From: an uncultured Spirochaetota bacterium
GTDB lineage: Bacteria; Spirochaetota; Brevinematia; Brevinematales; JAOACQ01
NCBI GenBank assembly: GCA_963835575.1
Contig: CAWIGG010000002.1
Coordinates: 1,981,548-2,045,547, forward strand
Direction: 5' to 3'
Length of the DNA: 64,000 bases
Shown: positions 40,994 through 50,390 of the stretch, piece by piece
Position numbering within the stretch: position 1 is the first letter of the stretch
How the letters are laid out: every line of letters starts with the position of its first letter
Notes under the pieces: model-generated
What the model saw: the letters and a program-made list of their open reading frames with translations, nothing else
The model's database searches: none
Told to the model about the DNA's origin: nothing
Made by a program: the position numbers and the translations under genes

Positions 40994-42727
40994 ATGTCAA
41001 AAATCTTAATTATAGGCGGCGTGGCCGGCGGTATGTCGGCGGCGGCCAGGCTCAGAAGGCTTGATGAAAAAGCCGAAATTACCGTTTTCGAACGGGGCGA
41101 CTATATATCCTACGCCAATTGCGGCCTGCCCTATTATATCGGCGGCGTCATTAACGACAGGGATAAATTATTTGTCCAGACGCCGGCCGCACTGCAGAAA
41201 AGGTTCAATATAAACGTCAGGACGCGGCATGAAGTTCAGAGTATTGACAGGAAGAATAAATCAGCACACATAAAAAACTTAAACGGCGGGAATGAATTTG
41301 ATGAGCCTTACGATAAGCTTGTCCTGTCGCCGGGAGCGGAGCCTTTCCGGCCGGATATTCCCGGCGCGGACAGCCCGTTGATCTACACCCTGCGCAATAT
41401 CAGCGATACCGATAGGATCAAGGAAGCCGCGGTCAAAAACAATCCGCGCCGGGTCATCATCGCCGGCGGAGGCTATATCGGCCTTGAAATGGCGGAAAAC
41501 TTCCGCATAAGGGGTATTTCAGTCGTGATTGCTGAAATGGCGGACCAGATCCTGACGCCTTTCGATTATGAGATGGCCGCCCTGGTGCACCAGCACCTGC
41601 GCGCGAAGGGGATCGAGTTTTACTTAAACGACGCGGCGGAGTCTTTTAAAGAATATAATAAAAAGATCTCAGTCCATCTTAAAAGCGGAAGGGAGATCTC
41701 CGCCGATATGCTGATCCTGTCGATCGGTGTAAAGCCGGACACGCGGCTGGCTAAATCGGCCGGCATTGAAACCGGTAAAACCGGCGGAATTAAAGTCAAC
41801 GCTTACATGCAGACTTCCGATCCGGATATCTACGCCGCCGGCGACGCCGTTGAAGTGTATCATCCGGTCCTGAAAGAGCATGTTCTGCTTCCGCTGGCCG
41901 GCCCCGCCAATAAACAGGGAAGGATAGCGGCGGACAACATCATAAACGGAAATAAAACAGCCTACAGGGGAAGCATCGGTACGGCGATCGCGAAAATATT
42001 CGACCTTACCGCGGCCGTTACAGGCGCTTCCGAAAAAGCTTTGAAGAAGGCAAATATACCGTGTCTATCCGTCATAGTCCACCCGCTGTCGCACGCAGGG
42101 TATTATCCCGGCGCCCTGACCTTATCGCTGAAAGTTGTTTTTTCGCCTGAGGACGGCAGAATACTCGGCGCACAGGCCGTCGGCTGCGAAGGCGTTGACA
42201 AAAGGATTGACGCAATCGCGGCGCTTATACAGAAGGATGGAACGGTTACCGATCTGCTCGAACTGGAGCATGCCTACGCGCCGCCGTATTCATCCGCGAA
42301 AGACCCGGTCAATATGGCGGGCTTCACTGCTGAAAATACCCTGACCGGTAAAATGAAGCCGGTCTACTGGAATGAGATTGACGCTCTCGATAAGAAAAAG
42401 AATTTTTTACTTGACGTACGGACACCGGAGGAATTCAAACTCGGGACAATTCCCGGGGCCGTCAACATTTCCGTGGACAGCCTGAGAGAAAAGCTGGACG
42501 AAATCCCGAAGGACAAAAATATTGCTGTTTTCTGCAGGGTCGGCTTCCGCGGCTACATCGCGGCCAGGATCCTCATGCAGAACGAATTCAAAAACGTGAC
42601 AAATTTGTCCGGAGGTTATCTGACATATTCGACTGCGAAAGAACGCCAGGACAACCCGGTCCCGGCGGGTACTTCCGGGGAAGAGCTGGAAGCCGGCATG
42701 GCTAACCATAAACCTGGAAGCATCTGA
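40994..42727 (+). CDS. CoA-disulfide/persulfide reductase with C-terminal rhodanese domain (CoADR-RHD)
   Basis: GGVAGG, SYANCGLPY, YAPPYS, LLDVR, FCRVGFRG. Confidence 0.92.
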   Translation: MSKILIIGGVAGGMSAAARLRRLDEKAEITVFERGDYISYANCGLPYYIGGVINDRDKLFVQTPAALQKRFNINVRTRHEVQSIDRKNKSAHIKNLNGGNEFDEPYDKLVLSPGAEPFRPDIPGADSPLIYTLRNISDTDRIKEAAVKNNPRRVIIAGGGYIGLEMAENFRIRGISVVIAEMADQILTPFDYEMAALVHQHLRAKGIEFYLNDAAESFKEYNKKISVHLKSGREISADMLILSIGVKPDTRLAKSAGIETGKTGGIKVNAYMQTSDPDIYAAGDAVEVYHPVLKEHVLLPLAGPANKQGRIAADNIINGNKTAYRGSIGTAIAKIFDLTAAVTGASEKALKKANIPCLSVIVHPLSHAGYYPGALTLSLKVVFSPEDGRILGAQAVGCEGVDKRIDAIAALIQKDGTVTDLLELEHAYAPPYSSAKDPVNMAGFTAENTLTGKMKPVYWNEIDALDKKKNFLLDVRTPEEFKLGTIPGAVNISVDSLREKLDEIPKDKNIAVFCRVGFRGYIAARILMQNEFKNVTNLSGGYLTYSTAKERQDNPVPAGTSGEELEAGMANHKPGSI

Positions 42728-42779
42728 AAAAGCGGATAACAATCTCTTTATTTGGTATGTCCTTTTCAACTGCCTAATA

Positions 42780-42877
42780 AACCACGGAATAAACGGAAAT
42801 CACGAAAATTGGAACGATAAAATGAACGGGATTTAGTTATTTAAAATCCTTCAGTGTATTCCGTGTGTTCCGTGGTT
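42780..42877. repeat. REPIN-like inverted element with 9-nt subrepeats
   Basis: AACCACGGAATAAACGGAAATCACGAAA ... TTCAGTGTATTCCGTGTGTTCCGTGGTT. Confidence 0.75.
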
Positions 42878-42946
42878 AAAGAAAGAAACCATACTTTTCA
42901 CTTTTTTTACTTTTAACTTTATACTATTCCGAGAGGTCTGAAAATT

Positions 42947-44008
42947 ATGCTGGAATTTTTTAAAAAGCAGAAACAACGGATCGAATCTTATATTAAAGGT
43001 TTTATCAAGGGTAAAGAGAAAGATTTTAAACAGGTCAATGAATGGGGAATGGACGCCGCTGAACGGCTGATCGAATTCACGTCCGGCGGTAAAATGCTCC
43101 GTGGAGGCCTGACGCTTCTGACGCATAATCTCTACGGCGGAAAACACCGGAAAGACGCTCTGAAAACAGCCGCCGCGATGGAGCTTTTCCAGTCCGGTTT
43201 TCTCATCCATGACGACATCATGGACAGGGACGCGCTCAGGCGCGGAAAACCCAGCCTGTTTTATCAATATAAAACTGTCGGCGAAAAGGCAAAATTCAAT
43301 GATCCCTGCCATTTCGGCGAGTCGCTCGGCCTCTGCGCCGGGGATATCGCCTTTTTCCTGGCCTTTGAAATTCTATCAGAGCTTGAATGCGGCCCCTCGC
43401 TGGTCAAGGATATCATCAATCTTTATTCCAGGGAAATTTCTTTAGTCGGCATTGCCCAGATGCAGGATATTTATTTCGGGAATATGAAGGAAACGCCGGA
43501 TGAGAAAGAAATACTGAACCTCTATCTCTATAAAACAGGCCGCTACACTTTTTCACTTCCCATGTCTGCCGGCGCTCTTCTCGCCGGCAGAGATAGAAAT
43601 CATCTGAAAAAGCTCGGTAAAATCGGCGAATGCCTCGGCCTGATATTCCAGATCAAGGACGACGAGCTCGGGCTTTTGGGGGATGAAAAAGAGATCGGCA
43701 AGCCGGTCGGCTCCGATATCAAGGAAAATAAAAAGAGCCTGTACCGCTATTATCTCTTTCAGAAAGCGGACACCGGGACCAGGAATAAGCTTTTAAAGCT
43801 TTTCGGTTCAAAGCGGGTGACTGTCCGGGATCTGGATTATATCAGAAACCTGATCGGTAAATATCAGATCCGGGAACTGATCAATGCAAAAACCGGTAAG
43901 CTGTATAAAGAAGCCGAAAGCCTCATCAACTCTTTGAAAGATGCGGATGAAAATTATCTAAAGACTTTGAGGGAGCTGCTGCAATACAGCGTTGAAAGGA
44001 AGAAATAG
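42947..44008 (+). CDS. Polyprenyl (GGPP-type) diphosphate synthase
   Basis: GGKMLR, LIHDDIMD..RRG, KTGRYT, FQIKDD, SDIKENK. Confidence 0.92.
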   Translation: MLEFFKKQKQRIESYIKGFIKGKEKDFKQVNEWGMDAAERLIEFTSGGKMLRGGLTLLTHNLYGGKHRKDALKTAAAMELFQSGFLIHDDIMDRDALRRGKPSLFYQYKTVGEKAKFNDPCHFGESLGLCAGDIAFFLAFEILSELECGPSLVKDIINLYSREISLVGIAQMQDIYFGNMKETPDEKEILNLYLYKTGRYTFSLPMSAGALLAGRDRNHLKKLGKIGECLGLIFQIKDDELGLLGDEKEIGKPVGSDIKENKKSLYRYYLFQKADTGTRNKLLKLFGSKRVTVRDLDYIRNLIGKYQIRELINAKTGKLYKEAESLINSLKDADENYLKTLRELLQYSVERKK

Positions 44009-44276
44009 GTTTGTTCACTTTCTTTTGTCCGGCGGCAACATTGCTGGGGACAGAATCTTTTCTTTTAATGAAATTTAATTGGGGATTTTTATTCCGACTG
44101 GCAATCGGGGGAATTACGATATTTCTTTCTTTTCAAAAAGAAAGAAATATCGCGCTAAAGAAAGAAAACAGGTCGAGACCATTTTCATACGAAGCTGTCT
44201 GATTGGTTGGAGGTGTGTCATCCAGCTTTTTATTAAAGATTCTTTTATTTAATAGCCGCCTTATTACGCCGTCCCT

Positions 44277-46092
44277 GATACCGCTGAAAAATGGCACCTT
44301 TACAAAAACCGATTTCCTTAGATAACTTCAAGATTTAAAAAATTGAACACTTGAAGACACAAAAACAAAAATGACGCCAAATCCAAATAAAAGTAGATGA
44401 TTCTACTTCATAATTCCCTTAATTCATCTCTAAAACTAACTTTTTGACAAATCTCTTTAAATTTAAAGCACAGGCTGCCATGTAATATTGCTGAGAACGG
44501 CCTGATTCTCCTTTATATTTCATCATTCTTAAACCATGAAATCGAACCAGTGCGCTTATCGTCGATTCAACTTGTGCCCGAACTTTCATTTCTTCTTTAA
44601 ATTTATCGGTCTTTTGTTCTTCTCTCCGCTTGCACAAAGTTGTGTATTCTTTTGTGATACATAATTTTCGCCCCCCGCACTTTTTACTTGTTCTTCTGAC
44701 ACATAACCCATAATTTATACAATTTCCGCATGTTTCATGTGAAAGGACACTTGATACGAATTACTTTTCTCACTAAAATTCCAGGAATCATTCGTCTTTC
44801 CTGCCGGACAGACAGCTTTCCGGTTTTGAATATCTATTGAAAATTTATCCAATCTGAATTCTGCCGGAACTTCGTTTGAAGTTTTTTGTATATATCCCAT
44901 CAGTACCTGGTCTTTATCTTCATATTCTTTAATCGCGCTGCTGCTGATATAATTGCTATCCGCAAAGATTTTCTTCGGATTTAATTTTGAATTTTCATTC
45001 CTTCTATCCAATTCCGGTAATATTTTATTGTCATTTTCCTTGTTTGATTGTGGTATCATATCAACTATGAAATTCACCTCGCCTTTGTTTGCTGTTTCAA
45101 CGATATGGCATTTCTCGCCTGACCAGCTTGTTTTTCCTTTCTTTCCTAATTGAATGGTTGTATCCCGCGGGTCAATTACGCTCTGCATCGGCTTTTCTAT
45201 TTCATCCACTTCTATAAACACTTTTTCACCTACTTCTTTTTCTCGAATGATCACATTTTCCTGAAATACGGTTTTCATTATTTTTAGCTGTTTCAAGACT
45301 TCTTCATTTTCTATCTTAGAACCCTCAATCATCCGCGTTATTCGATAGCCATCTTCCACAATCTCCGCCTGCTTGTCCGATCTCTTCCCCTTTGACATCC
45401 CGAATGAACTGAATTTCTTTGAGTAGCGTTCAATCAAATCCGCTGGAATATTTTCTTCATACCACACGGGATTATTTCTTTCTAATACTTCCAGTAATAC
45501 TCGCACAGTTCTGAAGAGTAGTTCTGTCGTTGATATCCGGTTTAAATGTTTTACAATATGAGTCGCGTCAATACGCTGGTGTGAATTACTTTTAATCAAA
45601 CCTTTTTCCCGGCAAAACTCCACCATTTTCTTAAAGGCGTTATTTTCTTCTCCATTATTCCGAAAACGCTTTCTGAAATTACAGAGTGTGCTAGAGTCAA
45701 AAATGAAAACTTTCTCGATCGGCAAATGTAATGCGTATTTCCAATCCAGCCGCAAATACACAGCTTCCGCTGCTTCTGAGTCTGACAGAGAATCAAAATA
45801 TTGCAGAATGGTAACCATTGATAGAAATGCCGGTGATATTCCATTGCGTCCTTTCCTGGAGTATAAATGTTTAAAATCCCCATCATGAAATATGGGATAT
45901 ATTTCCCTGGAAAATATCTTTAATGGGTTTGTTTCTTCAAGTAAATCCGACATCAAATTAGTTACCGAATATAGTTCATCCTGGCTATGTCTTTTTAAAC
46001 TCATTTTATTACCCTGCAATTAATTATGTTAAATATTATGACACATTAATATAATTACAGCAATGTATGTTAATGCATTTTTCAGCGGTATC
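44277..46092 (-). mobile_element. IS1182-family insertion sequence with a frameshifted transposase
   Basis: Perfect 17-bp TIR GATACCGCTGAAAAATG / CATTTTTCAGCGGTATC; no clear target-site duplication. Confidence 0.85.
44419..46019 (-). pseudogene. IS1182-family transposase split by a 1-nt frameshift near 44742
   Basis: LDWKYAL, DSSTLCNFRKR, IDATH, ADSNY; adding one base restores ...HETCGNC...LCKRREEQ...RAQVESTIS; could be a sequencing error. Confidence 0.8.
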
Positions 46093-46669
46093 GTCCGTGC
46101 CCAGCACCACTTTGAGGACAGGCAATCAAAGTGGTGCTGGGCGTCGGTTTTGACATCCGTGTCAAAAGTATGTGCTTCCTCTCTTCTATTATATAGCGGA
46201 TGACACAACTTGATATTGAGATATTTAATCTGCCGATTATGGTTAAGAGGAAAATGGCCTCGGGAACGGATAATTTGTTTAACATCTTTTTTGATTGTTA
46301 TTCATTTCTTTATGATAAAATATTCTTTATAATGACCTTTATTATTGCCGGTTTTATCCGGTATAATAGACATTCCTGTCAGTTAATCTTTTCAATTATT
46401 GCCCGGTAGTCTAATTAATCCTTACAGGTAGTCCCACACCGTTGCACAATGCGCGGCGGTTATTATTAAGTACTTTTTTATATTGATGTAATGATCAAAA
46501 ATTAAAAATCAATTCCGGACTCAGAAGGGGTCGACCACCGGCGGACTGAAATGGAGAAAAAATAATAATAAAAAACAACGGTACCGGGGGAGTGCTATAA
46601 TTTTATCCGCGCGCTCAGGCCGTCCGGTATAAGGCGGAAGACGTTATGAAAATAATTGTTAAAAAAGCA

Positions 46670-46699
46670 TGGATTTTTATTCGGTAAAGGGTGTATAAT
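46670..46699 (+). promoter_or_regulatory. Candidate Pc-like promoter upstream of attI
   Basis: TGGATT-18 bp-TATAAT facing the array. Confidence 0.35.
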
Positions 46700-46715
46700 T
46701 TAGGGAATAAAAGAA

Positions 46716-46812
46716 GTATTTCGCATAAATATCCGCTTTTGGATAATATACGCAATTCGTCTTATACCTAAAAAAGGATGAAATAACGTATTTCGTTTAT
46801 ATAGAGTTGGGC
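46716..46812 (+). other. Putative attI site (R box GTTGGGC at 46806-46812)
   Basis: Cassette 1 starts here (its 5' end is complementary to its 3' end at 47181-47200) with no attC upstream; degenerate direct repeats start at 46716, 46752 and 46788. Confidence 0.65.
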
Positions 46813-47363
46813 GAAAGCGGCCAATGCTGTATAATAAACATTCAAAAATGCCCGGGAAGGACGGATATTTCTCTGCGTAGTTCAGGTTGTAAGAGATAAT
46901 TTAGATATTTGGCTTATAAATTAGTTATAATAGAAATAAAATTATTTTTATGTTGTTTTTTTTACTTGAAAATATTATTTTTTAAGAATTCTTATTTGAA
47001 AAAATAAAGGCTGTTTGATAAAATTATTATGGGCATTTTTGATTATAATGAATAAAGAGAAGGGTTATGGTCGCAGGCATATGTAAGAAAATAAGTGCCG
47101 TTGTCAAGTAATGATATTTATAGAAAGACTGAGAAATTCAGCGAAATAATTGCCTGCGGAAAATCTTATTCATTCAGAGAATTGGCCGCCATCGCCCAAC
47201 AGCGGACAAACGCTGCGGTGCTCGGCGTTGCGACGCCTGCGCTCCTCGGGTTCACCTTTTGTTGGGTAGGACGGAGGAGAAAGACAAAAGGTTCACCACA
47301 TTTGCAAGCCTAAGAGCGGCAAGCCTGGCTCTAAGGCTTGCAAACGTCGTTTGTCCGCCACCG
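46807..47363 (+). other. Cassette 1, ORF-less and structured (557 bp)
   Basis: No credible ORF; internal long-range inverted repeats; TTGGGC-17-TATAAT at the 5' end. Confidence 0.7.
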
Positions 47364-47369
47364 TTGTAC
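47194..47369 (+). repeat. attC 1 (176 bp, class A)
   Basis: R'' GCCCAAC, GCGGACAAACG / CGTTTGTCCGC arms, R' GTTGTAC. Confidence 0.85.
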
Positions 47370-47470
47370 GAAATTTTCCGGGCCGAAGCTGGTTGTAAAA
47401 GGCGCCAGCCGTCCTTGGCTGGCTTAAAACTTATTTTAAATATATTCTTTCAATATATACGGAGGAGAAA

Positions 47471-47878
47471 ATGATTGTTGCAGTTATAGATGGAATGGGC
47501 GGAGGAATGGGAGAGCAGATAGTAACTCAAATCAGGAAAAATATTTCTGAAGAACTGGTTATAATTGCTTTAGGAACTAACGCTATCGCCACAGACCGAA
47601 TGATTAGAGCAAAGGCTTCATGTGGTGCTTCTGGTGAAAATGCTATTAAAGTCAATATAAATAGGGCAGATTTTATTGTTGGCCCTGTTGGTATTGTCCT
47701 TCCAAATTCAATGATGGGTGAGATAACACCTTTAATCGCTGAAACTGTAATGAACGCTCGAGGAAGAAAACTATTAATTCCGCTTTCACAAAATCATATT
47801 GAAATTATGGGTCTTCAAGAAAGACCAATTACCGAATCCATTTCACAGGCGATTAAAATTTTAAAAGACAATATTTGA
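47471..47878 (+). CDS. DUF3842-family protein (cassette 2)
   Basis: IAVIDGMGGGMG-type start, LGTNAIAT, GENAI, NSMMGEITP. Confidence 0.8.
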   Translation: MIVAVIDGMGGGMGEQIVTQIRKNISEELVIIALGTNAIATDRMIRAKASCGASGENAIKVNINRADFIVGPVGIVLPNSMMGEITPLIAETVMNARGRKLLIPLSQNHIEIMGLQERPITESISQAIKILKDNI

Positions 47879-47903
47879 CAAACTCATTATAATTCTTTAA
47901 AAT
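47875..47903 (+). promoter_or_regulatory. Internal sigma70 promoter in cassette 2
   Basis: TTGACA-17 bp-TAAAAT. Confidence 0.7.
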
Positions 47904-47909
47904 ATCTAT

Positions 47910-48063
47910 GTTCAGCTTGAAGCTGTTCCGCAGTAAGAATCTGCTATTCTAACGGCCAGAAGGCCATCAATTGAAGTCATTACAATTCAAGTTATCCGAT
48001 CTAAGCTTTGAAAGCTTTTTCAATGGGGTTGAAACTCCTGAAATAATTTTTAAGGAGTTTTGC
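47910..48063 (+). promoter_or_regulatory. Candidate structured 5' leader (riboswitch-like)
   Basis: Series of hairpins; AAACTCCT (48032-48039) can pair with the RBS AGGAGTTT (48053-48060). Confidence 0.45.
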
Positions 48064-48786
48064 ATGAAACGTCTCTTATTATTTTCAGCGACCTTGTTTA
48101 TTTTCATGGCCGCTTTCAGCACCAGTGTTTATTCCTATTCGTTAAATGCTTACAACGGCATGACAGGTAAAGGAATAATATCTTTAGCACCTATGATGTC
48201 TTTCCCGGTTTCACCTGAATTTGCAAGTTCAATTGATCTTATTGGTTCTTATGGTTTTACTCCAAATTTTGATATGTTTGTGAATATTGCAGATTTCAAT
48301 TTAGCACCAACAGCTGAATATGCCTATTCATGGATTATGCCGAGGTTTGAATTCTTACCAAACAATATTTTAGCTTTACAGTTACAATTGAACAATTCTG
48401 AACCTTTGAGTTACAGCATTACACCTCAATATCATTTGTTTTATGAAAATGACAATTTTGCTTTTGAGTTTAACGCTTCTGCCTTGTTTCCAATTAATGA
48501 CTCACAAACATCTACAAGCATTAGCGGGATTATTGCGCCTGTTTGGAAAGCAATAAAAGGAATTCTTTATCCATTTGTCGAGTTTGATCCTTCCTATGTT
48601 TTTGGCGACACAGGCGGTTTTCATCTGAATGTCATTCCAGGAGTTTGGTTGGGAATACCAGACACTCCACACCAGTTTTGTCTAGCACTTACACTTTCAG
48701 ATATAACATCCGGGGCTTTAGGTTATAGTGTTAATTTCTGGTATTCCGTATCGTTTTCAATGATAACGGATTCAGAAATGAAATAA
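48064..48786 (+). CDS. Secreted, probably outer-membrane beta-barrel protein (cassette 2)
   Basis: Signal peptide MKRLLLFSATLFIFMAAFSTSVYS; aromatic-rich alternating strands; RBS AAGGAG. Confidence 0.6.
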   Translation: MKRLLLFSATLFIFMAAFSTSVYSYSLNAYNGMTGKGIISLAPMMSFPVSPEFASSIDLIGSYGFTPNFDMFVNIADFNLAPTAEYAYSWIMPRFEFLPNNILALQLQLNNSEPLSYSITPQYHLFYENDNFAFEFNASALFPINDSQTSTSISGIIAPVWKAIKGILYPFVEFDPSYVFGDTGGFHLNVIPGVWLGIPDTPHQFCLALTLSDITSGALGYSVNFWYSVSFSMITDSEMK

Positions 48787-48814
48787 AAATATTAAAATTT
48801 AAGGAGGAATTTTT

Positions 48815-49216
48815 ATGGCATGTTTTACGGTACCTGCAGGAGTGGCAATTGTAACGACTATTGTACAAAAAGTTGTTGAAAAGAGAGAGAAGAAAGCCGG
48901 TGTGGAAAAAGCCAATAAAGTTGGCCTGTCTTGGGGGCAGAGATTAGGATGGCTCAATAAAATGCTGTGGGGAGGCTCAATACTTCTGGCTTTTGAACAT
49001 CTTTGGCATGGAGAAATTGTGCCCTGGCCGCCATTCTTAACCGCTATGAAAAATCCAGCTGATATAGCACCTATGCTTCACGAAATAGCCACTGTTGGTA
49101 CGGCCATGGCTGTTACTGTAACTGTTGTTTGGATTGTAATGGTTCTTATTGTTGAACTTAAAATACGAACAACTGGAAGTGTAAAAACAGTATCTATATT
49201 AGAAGGAGGTAAATAA
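48815..49216 (+). CDS. Small membrane protein (MACF...LWGGS...EHLWHGE type; cassette 2)
   Basis: About three hydrophobic segments; RBS AGGAGG. Confidence 0.75.
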   Translation: MACFTVPAGVAIVTTIVQKVVEKREKKAGVEKANKVGLSWGQRLGWLNKMLWGGSILLAFEHLWHGEIVPWPPFLTAMKNPADIAPMLHEIATVGTAMAVTVTVVWIVMVLIVELKIRTTGSVKTVSILEGGK

Positions 49217-49512
49217 TGTGGCTTATTTTGACAGCTCTAGCAGCGATAATCACTACTGTGATTTGGTATGTCAATGCTCCAGAAGATAAATATAAAATTG
49301 GTTTATTGAGTCTCGCTTTTTGGGGAGCAACGATAATGTGGCTTGTTGACCATATTATGGCATATATTACAGAGGGCGGAGAATTTTTTGAAGTGAATCA
49401 GAATGCAACAATGCTTGGTGTCTCAGTGATTATTTTTGCTCTAATGGTATGGTTAATCATTCTATTAATCAAAGACCCTAAAGGAATAATCAAGAGAATG
49501 ATTCAAAGATAG
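49216..49512 (+). CDS. Small membrane protein translationally coupled to the previous gene (cassette 2)
   Basis: Three TM segments; FWGATIMWLVDH parallels LWGGSILLAFEH in its partner; TAATG overlap. Confidence 0.75.
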   Translation: MWLILTALAAIITTVIWYVNAPEDKYKIGLLSLAFWGATIMWLVDHIMAYITEGGEFFEVNQNATMLGVSVIIFALMVWLIILLIKDPKGIIKRMIQR

Positions 49513-49655
49513 AACTTCTACAATCTACCGCTAAAGAAAAAGAATTACTCTATAATTAAGCATTCTTTATTTGTTACCGAAATATTATTATGCTTTAAAA
49601 GCCGTAGCCGTCCTGGCTACGGCTTTTTAGTAAAACATTCGGCCCGGAAAACTTC

Positions 49656-49806
49656 GTACAACAGCGGGTTAGCGTTCCGCTCCGTGCTCGCAAGCTGCGC
49701 GCGGTGCTCAGGCTTCGCCACATTTTGCTTTGTCACGGTTTTTGAGGCGTCAAAAACCGCGCCAACCCTACGGGACGCAAAACGTCGCCAACCCGCACCG
49801 TTAAGC
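49656..49806 (+). repeat. attC 2 (151 bp, class B)
   Basis: R'' GTACAAC ... R' GTTAAGC. Confidence 0.85.
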
Positions 49807-50384
49807 GAAAGCCGGCAGATTTTAATGCGATTAAAGCTTGTTTTAAAATACTCCCTGGATACAACCGAATCCGCACGGCCTTTTGTTTTTAAAAATTTTG
49901 TAATGTTGGGTTGTTTGAATAAAAGCGAAGTTTTATAGTATAAGTCAAAAGCGGATTATAGGAGAATATTTCTTTGATTCCCGGGGTTCTACCGACACTC
50001 TTTTTGATTAATCCTGATGAAATATTCAATTAAGGTTTTAAATCTACAAAAGTTTATTATACCGATATTGATTATTTGTTATTATAAGTGTAATACCGCT
50101 TTTGTTAATTCCGACTTTATTATAAGCTTTCTAATAATCTTAAAGAATCTTGTTATAGAATTCCTTTTTTGTTAAAATATCGTGCGGATTAAATTGGTTT
50201 GTAACAGAATGCCGGCCATCGCTTAACAGCGGCTAAAACGCTGCGGTACTCGCCGTTGCGACGGCTCCGTTCCTCGGGCTCGCCCTGCCGTGGGTAGGAC
50301 GGTGAAGAAGGACGCAGGGCTCACCAAACCGCTTCGCCTACAGCGGAGCTGTACGGCTCAGCGGCTTCGTTTAGCCGCAAAACG
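49801..50384 (+). other. Cassette 3, ORF-less 584-bp unit, copy 1
   Basis: Repeated at 50385-50968 and 52133-52716. Confidence 0.85.
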
Positions 50385-50390
50385 TTAAGC
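50221..50390 (+). repeat. attC 3 (170 bp, class A)
   Basis: R'' GCTTAAC, L'' GCTAAAAC / L' GTTTAGC, R' GTTAAGC. Confidence 0.88.

Noticed and set aside
2054..43445. Many antisense or overlapping ORFs in the track (e.g. 2434-2961, 10636-11145, 24459-25064, 29854-30504, 34902-35474)
   Set aside because: Shadows of well-supported genes on the other strand or frame, with no motifs of their own
44009..46806. Integron integrase gene or remnant
   Set aside because: Short ORFs (44011-44202, 46082-46285, 46200-46409) show no tyrosine-recombinase motifs; a highly decayed remnant cannot be excluded without a search
47971..48063. N-terminal extension of the 271-aa ORF
   Set aside because: The ATG at 48064 has an RBS and starts a signal peptide, so the upstream part is better read as leader RNA
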